Positions 24,601 to 37,266 of a stretch of 64,000 bases of DNA are shown one piece after another; within the stretch, counting starts at the first letter, position 1; every line of letters begins with the position of its first letter. A program made the translations under genes and the position numbers. Below the pieces are notes generated by a model, which was not told the DNA's origin, ran no database searches, and worked only from the letters and a program-made list of their open reading frames with translations. Source of the DNA: the human T2T-CHM13v2.0 reference genome, Homo sapiens. Where the stretch lies: the NCBI RefSeq assembly GCF_009914755.1, contig NC_060942.1; one strand, given 5' to 3'.

Positions 24601-27356
24601 TCCATATGAAAGTGGAACATATGTTAATCACTGATGTAATTCTATAGCTTTGCACAAAAGGCACCTCTATTTTTTATTTCTGAAGTTCATTCATTCAGCA
24701 GGCATTTGTAGGCTGTGCCCTTCCTTTGTATATGTGTTCGTGAAAATGTGTACTAAAGTTGTACCTGTGAATATTCAACAATAGATATATTTTATAAAAG
24801 AGACTCTGGTTTTTGAAAGTTTAGAGGAAAAAAACCCCTAATTAGATTTCACCTTTCCCACATTTCTAGAACTTCTTCTACAGTTTTTAATTCCATGGTT
24901 TTTCCTTCACAGCAGAGGACATAGTCAAAGTAGTTCTATCACTAGAGTCTCCACTCTTCGAAAGCCTAATTATTTCTTTTACATTTCTTTCCAGTTTTTT
25001 CGCATCTCTGCTCTTCCTCACTTTACCCCTTCAGGAAGCATATATGGCATACAAAGGCCATTGACCAAGCCTGCGAGGGGCATTAAGGGTTAATGGTATT
25101 TTTATTACAGATGAAGATAGAAGGATCTGCAGAGAATCCCCTCAGGTAACATGGAAGGGGAGAGGCCTGATGTTTTGGATATTTGCCATTAAAGCTCATT
25201 AAAATGACTCCATAGCTATGTCTAATTCTAATGAATAATTAATGCTAAAACGTTAAGGGCTTGAGATTCTTAATAGTGACGATGACGAAAGGCGTGGGGA
25301 CCAGACTCCATGGCTGTCCATTCATTCCTCTTCTTGGCCCTCTTTAGCGTCTTATCCTCAACAACGAAGTTTAAACTCACCCCCTTGTGTGACAACACAT
25401 AATACTCTCTTAAATGTGATTTCAGGTATTTCTAAAATATCTCTGTGAGAGGGAAGGAGCAGTATTCTAGGTTCATTTTTGTAAGTACAATACTTTAGTT
25501 TCCAAAGTGACTCCATAAGTAGAAATTCAACTGAAATCTTTTGGTATTGACCAACAGATACTTAAGTGAGTCAACAGGATCAAAATTGAAATAAATTATT
25601 GGCCTGTCACTTACATTAATTGGGGAAGAGCCTTGGTTTTTCTATCTCCAAATCAGTAGTCTAGCTCCCAAATCAGTAATTATGATAGCAATGAAGTGTT
25701 TTTCTGCATGCTTATAACTCAGAGAGGCACTGGCACACATGAAACTCAACTTCTACAACTATACAGTTGGTGGGAGTGATGTTGCCTTCTATGCATAGCA
25801 GTGTTGCAAAGTTTAGCTCCCACTACAATACAGGTATGCATAAGAAATACCGTATTTTGATTTTGTCTGTAACTAACTTACCTTTCTCCTATGAGTGATC
25901 TCCTCCCTCCACGCTTCTATTCCACTTAAACTCCTACATACCTCTGGCTAGAGAGAAAGATATTAACAAATGTCCAATCTGGTTTAAGGCTTGATCCAAT
26001 AATCTAAACTGAAGTAAATGACTTATTGGATGAAAATGCTCAGTCTTTTGGATGTATTCCCTCCCTATGACTTCTCTCCCAAGATGCTGCTAGATGTATG
26101 AGAAAAGGGATGTGGTCTCCCAGGGCAGTGGGGAAAAGTCCAGGTTGTAAAGTGAATCTTGGATGCCTGCCCTGGTCTCTCAAATGATTTTCCTTATCCA
26201 TTGTGTACCACTTGAGCTCATGGCATTTGTGTTTAAAATATGCAGCTGGGCTATCTTAAGGTTTATTGGTCTGGCCTGGCTTTCTCAGAACCTAGTGACT
26301 CCCCCTGGCTGACTTGACCCCTAAATCAGCTAGTATTCAGGATCCTGCTGTGCATGCTGGGACTCTATTGGGCTCCCTGCAGGCTACTGTCCATTCTCCA
26401 GCCCTGGATACAGAGCCACCCTGTCATAGTGATCACAGCCATTTGTAGATCCAGACGCTCAACAATTTCTGGGCCCTACTTCATGCCATGTTGGAATCAA
26501 GGGTGGCTTAAAATTCTAAGTGCAAAGGTCCCACTGCACCTGGGCATCCACATTGATGAAGTTGTGCCCCGTTCTCTCCTCCCTCTCCCCTATCGTTGCT
26601 CTCCACCACCTCCCCTCCTCTCTCCCTTACTCTTCCCACCATGCCCCAAGCAAGAAAAAAGGTAGGCTGTTACTTTGACTTCCCCTATGTTATATTTTTT
26701 ACTAATGTGGAGTAGGCTCACCTGACACCGGGAGACAAGGGAATTTAGAAAATCTGCTCTGGAGACAACAGCCTGACTTGTAAGGCTTTAGTCTGACTTA
26801 CTTTGAATTTCAAAAGCAAGCTGAATATTACCTAGACTTTTTACCCTTACACTCCTTCAGTACACTTTATAATCTACCTCCAGGAAGATGGTTGTCCGAT
26901 TGATTGAGAAAAATCCTGTATTTGGGAAGGAAAAGAAGAAAGCAAGAATATTTAAGAGCCAATTAACCTTCTTCCCCACATATTGATATAGGACGACTCA
27001 CATGCCCCTCAGTTTAAAAATGTACAATGTAATATTCATGCTGAGGTGCACTGAAAAATGATCATTATTTTTCTCATCTGTTTTAGAGAGATTTTTGATG
27101 ACCTATATCTGGAATTTTGTATAAGAAGTAGAAAGGTCATGGGACATTATTAAGAATCAAGGAAATAATACAAGAAAAGAATACAGAGGCATTTTCCAGT
27201 TTTACAGAGATATGGAAACTAGTTTGTTATTTTTGAGCAACGCATGCAGATGGGCACGCATACACACCCACTGGCCTGTGAAACTGATGGATATTAGAAA
27301 GATAATATTAGTTACTAACAATTGTTGCATGCTCATAAGTCCCAGTGACTGCTGAG

Positions 27357-28748
27357 CGAGTAGCTCCGAAGTGGAGTCTGCACATCCCAGGGATAAGCAA
27401 AACAGTCCACTGAGATGTGGGGAGAAAAGATTGAAATTCTACTTAAGTAATTTCTTACATGACATAGAGAAAAATGAGCATCACTGATATTTAGTGTATG
27501 GGGTTATGCTAGCATCCTCACTCAATTCCTAGGCTAGATTAGGGGGTCCTGAGGAAGCGCAGAAATTCCATTTGGGCAGTGGCCCCTCCTTTATTCATTC
27601 ATTTTTAGTTTATCCTGACATATGTGGTTTACATGAACCAATATAAGGCTATATTCATACATATAGGTATGACTGTGAAAATGTTTGGTACCACACAGAG
27701 GTTCTCAGATTAACTCCTGGAAATGGTTCACACAAGTTTTTAAATGTAATAATGAATTACACATTTTATTGACAACAACAACAACAACAACAAAAAATGT
27801 CCCAAATTTGCTGAGGTTTTTTTCTTTTCTGTGATAAAATGTGACTGTCAGTAATATGCTATCTAGCTGTTGTTTTGGGAGAAAAAAATCAGCACACTTA
27901 ATCCATACTTTGCAGATAAATGTGACTGAACAATAAAAGAGAAAATAGGTGTTCTGTAAAATAAATATCTAGTATGGAAAAAACATTTTTAAAAGAGGAT
28001 GTTAGAAATGCTTTCATCATTATGACTTTTTTTGCTGAAAATGTTATCTATTACCTACCAAAATGTTTAAATCTAGAAAGAAGTCTAGAAACAAAATATT
28101 CTTACTCATTTATAAAGCTTCCAAATGAAGCGATTCAGAGTACTTTGAACCTGTTCAGTAAAATGTGATGATCTGTGATTATTTTCAAAAATAACTGCCT
28201 GAAACCAGAGAAGATGGACATTTAGTAACTTAATTTCAACAAAGGTCTTTCCGTAAGTGTTGTATAGTTTGAAGATTTTAAGAAGTATAGCCAGAAATTT
28301 ATGCCTTTCATTTAGCTATTCGTAGCTTATGAAGTGTATTTTAAGCTGCAGTGGTCACTAAAAGAAAGTAGAAACAGACGTTCAAATGAATTACATCACA
28401 GTGTTAAAGCAAGATTCTAAAAAAAAAGAATCATTTAAATCACATTGTTTTCATAAAAATACTAGTTCAAAGTAGTAATATAAAATGTTATTTAAATATA
28501 GTAATAATTTCCCCAAGTGCAAAAATATGTTCTTTATTATTAATAGAACAAAATGAAAAATGTTTTAAGTATTATTTACTCCAATCATTTAAAATTTTTT
28601 TGTGTATGTTTTATAATGTGCATAATGTTTTAGTCCAGTAGTACACGATTTAATTTATAAACACAGAAGTATCTTAAACATATATTGAGATGTGCATGCT
28701 CAAATTTTTTTTTAATGATGAGAAGGAACATCAAAGAGGTTGGCCCTG
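27357..28748 (+). mobile_element. Charlie4-like hAT DNA transposon with decayed transposase sequence
   Basis: 5' end resembles Charlie4 (GTAGCTCCGAAGTGGAGTCTGCACATCCCAGGG...CCACTGAGATGTGGGGAGAAAA). 3' end GTGCATGCTCAAATTTTTTTTTAATGATG. It splits a MIR. Confidence 0.65.
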
Positions 28749-29025
28749 ATGTTGTAGCCCTTGGCATGTATTTTCCTAATTAATGATAATAAAACCTATT
28801 CCGTGATAATGACACCTATTCCCTAATAACCGTATGCCATAATAACCCTATGGAATGGATGTTATTATCATTCCCATTTTACAGATTAGGAAAGAGAAAC
28901 AGAGACCTCATTCGCTCAGGAGCTGGCCCACAGTCACAGAGTTAGTAGATGGTTGATTGGAAATCTGTAAACCCTAGAATCTAAAGTCATAGCCCATGTT
29001 TCATCAACTGCCCCACAGTGACCTC
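28749..29025 (-). mobile_element. MIR SINE (other part at about 27310-27356)
   Basis: TTATTATCATTCCCATTTTACAGATTAGGAAA...CCCACAGTCACAGAGTTAGTAGATGG. Confidence 0.75.
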
Positions 29026-30499
29026 TTAGATGACATGCTGAAGACCCTGGAAAGATTCAAGGTTAAATAGTGGGTACATAACAGTTACCTTGTTTAGGTG
29101 CCAAGTTTTACTTAGGTGCTCATTTCTTACATCTTAACTCTCAACGTGATTAATATTTATTGTAGGTTAAGTTTACGGGTTGAAAGATGTGTTAATGATT
29201 TCTCCTATGGGAAAATCTACAGTTTGGAATCAACCAAAGTGCTACAGATCAGCTGCTGGTAACGTGACATAATTGCAAGCAAAGAACTTACGAGAAAATA
29301 GAGTCACTTCATTACTGTCCAAACAGACCCAAGCCCAAAACAGTGACAGCAGTAGGACATCTACAGATCTTAGAGCCATATCCATGGAGTTGATTAGGGG
29401 GAGCCTCTGATTCGATCTTTGCCCTATCAAAAATATTTCTGCAACCTTTTATACGTCAATTTACGTACGATATATAGGAACTTCTGAAACTTGAGTTACT
29501 CTGTGATGGCCAATGATGGCTGCCAGGGGGCCAGTATTGCTCATCATGTCAACGAGTGCTCTTTAACAAGAAGATTACTGACAAGATGGAGCATAATGAC
29601 AATGAGGAAAATGTTAAAATGTTACTATCTGTCATGTCAGCCCACTGTCCACGGCCTAGGTAAGGTAGGCTTGTTACAGAATCCTCATAGGCTAGCAAGC
29701 TGAGGCCACATATCTCAACGAAATAACCCCGTCATTTTTATTTTATTCGTATTTTCAACATACCCAAAGGCTGTGAGCACCCTGACGTGTCAAGTTCCAG
29801 GCAGCAGTGAATTTCCCTGGCAGTTATAAGCCTCCGAAACAGGGTCTTATAATGGAAAAACTGACAGACCCTTAACTATAGCTGCACTACCAGAAGTCAC
29901 TATGATAAAAGCTAGCTTAATAAACCACAATTTGGCCCAATTACATGGGGCTGCTACTATCTCCGATAAGACTGATGTTCATCCTGACCTAATCTTTTGT
30001 GCACTTTAGATTGTTATGTATTGGCAATTTATAAATAGGTTCCTTCTACCCTGAATGTAGGCTGTGTGATGAATCCAGACTCCCAGTTTTGACAGCCAGG
30101 TCCTTATGCCTGGGAGAGTCAATCAGTGGGTGTGAGGCAAGACTTGTCAGTGAAGGAGGAAAGGATCAGTGGTGGATCATGGGTGAAAATCAAGAGCTTT
30201 CCTGACCTTGCCCATGGAAAGCCATAATCAGCAGGCATGAAAAAAGGCAGTCGAATTGTGGCTGATAGGAAGGAATGGCAGTTAGAGCATGTAATCAACA
30301 AGTCTGCATCTACAAAGCCAGGAGGTCAGGTATGGTGCCAGGCCTTAGGGGAACAACACGATTACTTCCCTTAAGGAGCCTGTGGTTTACTAGGAGATGA
30401 AACTATGAAGAAATAAATACAAGTTTGCTTGGTTTGCTTCCCAGTGGGTCGAGATAGGTGGAAGTGAAGGAGATATTCTGATTTACCTATACCACTCAC

Positions 30500-30925
30500 C
30501 ACCATATCCTCTACCCATTCACTCATCTGCCCACCCATTCACCTGTCTACCCAGGCACCCATCTACGCATTTACTCATTTGACATTTACTGAATACCTCT
30601 TATGTACTGGGCCCTGTTTGCTTCCCAGCACTCAACACTTGCTCCTTTAAAGCAGTCTCTTCTCCCAGCTTTCCTGTTTCTGTTTGCTGTATCAGCATCC
30701 TTCCATTCATGCCTCTATCTCCACCACCCACACACGCAGCCTTGCTGAATCCTTCACAGTCTTTGTTGCTTCTATTTCCTCCTTCCCATTCCCATAGTCA
30801 CCAACCCAGTCCAGGGCCTTAGGTGATGGGCAGAGTACCTTGTGCTATATGTGTTTAGTTGGTGTCTGGCTTCCAATTGAATTGTCTACCACACTGACCA
30901 TTAGTGATCTGGCCTTCCTGATTCC
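30500..30925. mobile_element. L2 fragments in both orientations
   Basis: CATTTACTGAATACCTCTTATGTACTGGGCCCTG (minus-strand tail) followed by pyrimidine-rich plus-strand L2 body. Confidence 0.55.
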
Positions 30926-30929
30926 TGTC

Positions 30930-31267
30930 TTTTTTTTTTTTTTTTTTTTTTTTTTTGGAGACAGGGTCTTGTTCTGTCACCCAGGCTGCAGTGCAGTGGC
31001 GCAATCATAGCTCTCTGTAACCTCAAACTTCTGGGCTCAAAGATCCTTCTGCCTCCACCTGCTGAGCAGCCCCTTGGCTACTCATGTGCCTCAAGGACTA
31101 CAGGCACATGCCGCCATGCCTGACTGATTTTTATTATTTTATTTTTATTTTTTTGTGGAGTCTTGTTATGTTGCCTAGGCAGGACTCAAACTCCTGGCCT
31201 CAAGTGATTTGCTTGCCTCAGCATCCCAAGGAGCTGGGTTTACAGGCATGAGCCACCATGCTCGGCC
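30930..31267 (-). mobile_element. AluJ with internal non-Alu insertion
   Basis: Poly-T then GAGACAGGGTCTTG...CAATCATAGCTC...CTGGGCTCAA (J-type). TCCTGTC on both flanks. Confidence 0.93.
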
Positions 31268-31329
31268 CTCCTGTCGCTCTTTATCACATCACCTTTTTAA
31301 TTTTTTTTCTACATGACCCCTTTTGATAT

Positions 31330-31760
31330 TTTAATAATTAGTTCCATGTGTTTAGAAACCTTGTTCACTGCTAACAAATAAACTCAGTGCCTAGATGGAT
31401 TGTAGTCTTTTTTATTCATGTCAGTCAATATTTACTGAATGGATGAATGACTGTTCCCTCAAAATTCAGCCTAGCCTCAGCTCCTCCTTGAAACTGTCTA
31501 TGACCTCCTCTTCCCAATTCTAAATGATTATGTTCATTTCCTCTGTGTTTCAATAGTATCTAGAACATAATTCTATCAAAATGATTACAAAAGCACATTC
31601 TAATAATGATTTCATTGTCAGTCTGCTTCACTTACTCTAACAACACAAGAGCAGGGATATCCCTTCCTGTTTTACCTTGTATCCTCATTGCTAGTACTTC
31701 TCACGGACTAGCACACACATTTGTTGAATAATTTGTTAAATGAGTGAGTAAATAAATGGG
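31330..31760 (+). mobile_element. L2 3' fragments
   Basis: TCAATATTTACTGAATGGATGAATGA and ATTTGTTAAATGAGTGAGTAAATAAATG tails. Confidence 0.6.
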
Positions 31761-32849
31761 TTATAGAAATAACCATGACCTGTGATCATATGTATAAAGT
31801 TTAGCTACCAAGACAGTCAAAAGGATAAAAAATGGCATCACTTAAATGAAAAGTTTTTTTTAAAATCAATTTGGCTGTCACAACTCTAAAACCACTTTGA
31901 ATGTAGACAAGATATTTTAAATAATAGAGACACAGATGTCTGCCTTGACGCCTATTTTGTCTCAGGCCAGGGATGGGGTTGAGATCTCAAATGTAATAAA
32001 TGCTCCAGATCACTGCATACCTCGGCCTTTCAACCAGGTTTCTCTATGACCCATTCATAGACCCTCAGGCTCAAGGGTCCTCTTGGGATTCACTGGGAGG
32101 ACCACTTGCACAAAGAAGGAAGGAGGGAGTTGTCATGAACCATCATGAAAATGTAGTTCTTTAAAACAATGTACACGTGAGTGGCTGTCCACAGCTTGCT
32201 AGAACCAGGGTTTCAGGCTTTTGTCTCCTACGTAGTTCACGGGATTGACCATTCATTTGATTAGACCAGACTTAGTAATTGGAGGCATGATCTTCCAAGA
32301 CAGGATCTAAGTGTCTGCTTATAACTTCTACTTATTTGAAACTGCTCTTTTTTTATTTTGGAAAAATCTGCCCCTTCCTCCCTCCCAACCTCTCCTTCTT
32401 GTAATCTTCCACTTACTGAGCACTTAATATATTTTAGACTTAGAGCTTGGTCTTGTAGAAAAAAAAAGAGTGTAAGTGTTTGCCCATAAGAAATGTATGA
32501 TCTAATTGGAGAGCTAACTAAGTACACTTACAGTTAGAATTCAAAGGAATGTAGGATATGTGCTGTGTGTGGTCTTAAGAGCCAGAGTGTGGGTCACAGA
32601 TACTTTGTGAGCACTGAAGAAGGCATATGGTGTGCATTAGAAATATAATGATAAATAAGATATAATCCCTGACCACGGTATTAATTTCCAGGCTATTAAG
32701 GAAGACTGGCATGTAAATGTATCATTATAAAATTAACAGTAGTATTAAGAAAAATGCTACAGAAGGTCAGATGTGTAGGATTTCCCTCAATTAGGAATTC
32801 AGTGGTGGCTTTGTGAAGACTCTGAAGCTGAACCATTGTTGATTTAACT

Positions 32850-33085
32850 TAACTATAATGCAGCACTTAACATGTGCCAAACAAAGCTCTAGACACTGTC
32901 CATATATTAGCTCATTTAATCCTCATAACAATCCTATACGGCAACTACTATTATTACCTCCATATTACCAATAAGAAAACTGAGGCACGGAGAGGTTAAG
33001 TAACTTGTCCAAGACTACACAACTTGTAAGAGTTGGAGTTCAGATTTACGCTCAGGCAGTCTGGTTCCAGAGTGTAGTGGCTAGG
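32850..33085 (-). mobile_element. MIR SINE
   Basis: CTCATTTAATCCTCATAACAATCCTAT...GAAAACTGAGGCACGGAGAGGTTAAGTAACTTGTCCAAG is a near-consensus core. Confidence 0.9.
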
Positions 33086-33099
33086 CTGCATGGCTACTG

Positions 33100-33920
33100 G
33101 CATTCAAAAAACACCACAAATAGAATTGGAAGGCAAACCATAATCTGGCAAAATACTTTCAGCATGCATAACAGAGTTAGTTCCATGACATTTTTTTTCA
33201 GATTACTTTGCAAAAGTTAAATACACCAAAAGAAAAATGAGAAAAGAACACTAAAAGGCAATTCACAAAAGAAGAGAAGTAAATGATTACCAAATATATG
33301 GAAATGTTTAACTTCACTAATAAGAAACGCAAAATAAAACAAAATCTTGATTTCACCCACAAAATTGGAAGATATTTCATTTAGTTATTACTATGGCCTT
33401 TCTGAGAACAATTTGGCAATTTGCATCAAATCCTTAGAGAGTTGCATATCTTTTGATTCAGCAAAAACATCTTTAAGAATATATACAAAGGAAATTAAAA
33501 TTCATGTTCAAACAATTTCATCAGTAAGGATATTCATCACAGTATTATTTGTAACTATGTAAAATTGGAAGTAGTATAAATATCCAACAATAGAGAAACA
33601 AATAGAGAACCAATTAAATAAGTCACGGCACTGCCACACAATAGACTTCTATGTACCCAATGCCGCGTAATAGTGAAGGATGATATTAAATGACACAGGA
33701 AATTATTCATAATTATGATTAAGTAAAAACGATTATGTTATAAAATAATAGGGCATATTTCCATTTTTATAAAAACTTTATGTAAGTATAGAAAAAAATG
33801 TCAGTACTGCTCATCTCTGGGTGGCAATATAATGGAAGATTGTTTATGTTCTTCATTTTGCTTATCTGAATCTTCTGTTTTCTTTAAACTTAAAATATTT
33901 TGCCTTTATAATAAGGGAAA
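33100..33920 (+). mobile_element. L1ME-type ORF2 end and 3'UTR
   Basis: AGGCAATTCACAAAAGAAGA...CAATTTGGCAAT...TTTGATTCAGCA...AAATATCCAACAATAG. Confidence 0.75.
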
Positions 33921-34297
33921 ATGAGTAAGCTTTTTTCTTGAGGTGAATTATTTATGTGAAAAAGGAGTGGGGCAGACATCTAGGCAGAAGATATAACGTG
34001 AACGGTATGGCTTGGGTGTGCTTTGTGGGGAACAAGTACGTGTTTTGAGAACAGGTGAGAGACAGAGAGCAATTGCTTTGTGTGCCATGCTAAGGAGCAC
34101 AGGGTTGGTTCTGAAGATGAGCCACTGACGGGTGTGGAGCAGGAAGGCAGAGGGAGATGGCCAAAGGTCCATTCCAGAACCATCACGTTGCAGGCGAGTG
34201 GCCTGGGAAAGCCTGGCAAAGAGCCCTGGGGTAAGTCTTTGCCGTGGTGGAGAAAGAGATGGTGAATGTCTGATGCAGATCAACAGTAATAGGGGAT

Positions 34298-34590
34298 GGC
34301 CTGGTACAGTGACTCAGGCCTGTAATCCCAGCACTTTGGGAGGCCAAGGTGGGTGGATTGCTTGAGGTCAGGAGTTCAAGACCAGCCTGGGCAATATGGT
34401 GAAACCCTGTCTCTACTAAAAATAAAAAAATTAGCTGGGCATGGTGGTGCACACCTATAATCCCAGCTACCGGGAGGCTGAGGCACCAGAATTGCTTGAA
34501 CCTGGGAGGCTGAGATCCATGCCACTGCACTCCAGCTGGGCGACAAAGCAAGACTCCGTCTCAAAACAAACAAACAAACAAACCAAATGA
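34298..34590 (+). mobile_element. Alu (S/J) with deletion in right arm
   Basis: Dimer with (CAAA)n tail. 15-bp TSD AACAGTAATAGGGGA at 34282-34296 and 34591-34605. The GGAGGTTGCAGTGAGC segment is missing. Confidence 0.95.
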
Positions 34591-35072
34591 AACAGTAATA
34601 GGGGAGTGGAGGTGATGAATTTAGAGAAACAAAACATTTAACAGGCAATATAGAAGGTGAGCCTTAGGAGGTGAACTCATCAAGACTCGGCAAATGATTA
34701 CCAGGTGGCAGAAGAGAAGCCTCAATTAACACTTAGATTTCTGACTACGGTTTCAAGTGGATGGTGGTATCTTCGCTAAGACTTGTAACACAGAAGAAGG
34801 AATCAGATTGCTTGGGAAAGATCATATGTTCTGTTCCAGACAGATTGAACTTGAGTTTCCTCTGACACTGAAGATGATAAATTTGGCAGTTCAGAAGACA
34901 CATTTCCAATATTGGTGACCATGTAAGGTTTAATCTGAGAGGTTAAGAAAGGGAGATAAGAAAGAAAATAAAAGATGAATAGAACTTCTACAAGGCTCCA
35001 TGTTATATGCAAATGAAGACAGAGGCAAGAGACCTCCAAAAAAGTCCAGACTGGCTGAAATACAGTTTGTGA

Positions 35073-35431
<359 letters not shown>

Positions 35432-35584
35432 TACAAAATTATTTTAATGTTTTCTGTTTTTTCGTTTGTTTGCTTAGTGCTATAGGAAATAAAGCTCTTT
35501 TGAGGCATTTTGGACCACAGACATCACACAATGGAAGTCGTGCTAACAATATTGCCAATGGTGTGCAACAAAATGAAAATATTT

Positions 35585-35788
35585 GCAGCTACCATTTAAA
35601 AAACACCTACTGTTTAGACGTTTTAAACACTGAGAATCAAGCAATAGTCTCATTTACGACTCACAACAATTTTGTGAGGGAGGCATTATCACTCCCACTT
35701 TATAGATGAGGAAGTGAGCCTCTCTGTGGCTCATTTTCCTCAGGGTCACACAGCCTGTAGGTGGCAGAGGCTTTCAAACTCAGGTCAG
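35585..35788 (-). mobile_element. MIR SINE
   Basis: CCCACTTTATAGATGAGGAAGTGAG...CAGGGTCACACAGCCTGTAGGTGGCAGAG. Confidence 0.8.
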
Positions 35789-36337
35789 TTAGAGACCAGT
35801 AGGCTGTACAGGAAATGGGGGAAGCCAGGGAAAGCAGGAGGAAGCTGAGACGTGACTAGAAGGATTTAAGGTACCTAACAAGGCCTCTTTGAGACATAAA
35901 ATTTGAACTGAGATCTGATTGATAATGAGAAGCCATGATAATAATGTGAAGATCAGCAAGAAGAACCCAGGCCCTGGAAACAGCTTTTCCAAATACCAGA
36001 CAGATAAGGCTGCGTGTGACCGAGGACTAGAAAGAACACCAGTGCATGGAAACAGAGAGGGCAAGGTGCGATTAGGGTGTGAAATGAGGTCTCACAGGAA
36101 GACAGGACATGCAGGCTGGATAATAGATTTGCGTTTACTCAGAGTGCATGGGGAATCCACTAGAAGGTCTTGGATTGTGTGACATAATTGTGTGACATGA
36201 TCTCATCAAGAATTAGCTACATAAACAGGGGAGTAGGGTGAGAGTCAAGGAGGAAATTCTATGAATAGCAGGAGCTTATGGGATGGCACAATATTGAAAA
36301 TAATTCTGTAGAGGTAGAAGAAAAGTTGCCTGTAGAA

Positions 36338-36704
36338 AACAGGTCCCCAACCCCTGGGTCATGGACAGGTACCAGTCCGTGGCCTGTTAGGAACTGGGCC
36401 GCACAGCAGGAGGTGAGCGGTGGGTGAGTCAGCATGACCACCTGAGCTCTGTCTCCCGTCAGATCAGCAGTAGCATTAGATTCTCATAGGAGCACGAACT
36501 CTATTGTGAACCACGCATGTGAGGGACCTAGGTTTCAAGCTCCTTGTGAGAATCTAATGCCTGATGATCTGAGGTGGAACGGTTTCATCCTAAAACCATA
36601 TCATCCCCCATCCCCTCACCACACACCATTCCCACACCCTGCTCCATGGAAAAATTGTCTTCCTCAAAATTGGTCCCTGGTGCCAAAAATGTTGGGGACC
36701 GCTG
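36338..36704 (+). mobile_element. MER1B hAT-Charlie DNA transposon
   Basis: TIRs GGTCCCCAAC...GTTGGGGACC. Internal GTCCGTGGCCTGTTAGGAACTGGGCCGCACAGCAGGAGGTGAGC. Perfect 8-bp TSD CTGTAGAA at 36330-36337 and 36705-36712. Confidence 0.95.
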
Positions 36705-37000
36705 CTGTAGAAGATGATGAGGCTGGCAGTCAGACACTTGGAAGATCTTGGCTAAGAATTTTGAACTTTGTTTGACAGAGAAAACCGAAGAATTTTCAGC
36801 AGAGCAGTGACATAATTAGATTTGCATTTTAGAGACCTCCCCACAGCAGCTCTGTGGATAACAGAGGGGCTGACATGGGAGTGAGAGGTTAGGGGAGTTG
36901 GATGAGTGCTAGGAGACCAGTAGGCTGTACAGGAAATGAGGGAAGCCAGAGATGGCAGGAGGAGGCTGAGAGGGAGAATATTTGAGAGGGATTAAGATGG

Positions 37001-37266
<266 letters not shown>

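Noticed and set aside
28785-28855. Short spaced repeats ACCTATTCC and TAATAACC that look array-like
   Set aside because: Irregular slippage duplications inside a MIR. Not CRISPR-like, and the DNA is eukaryotic.
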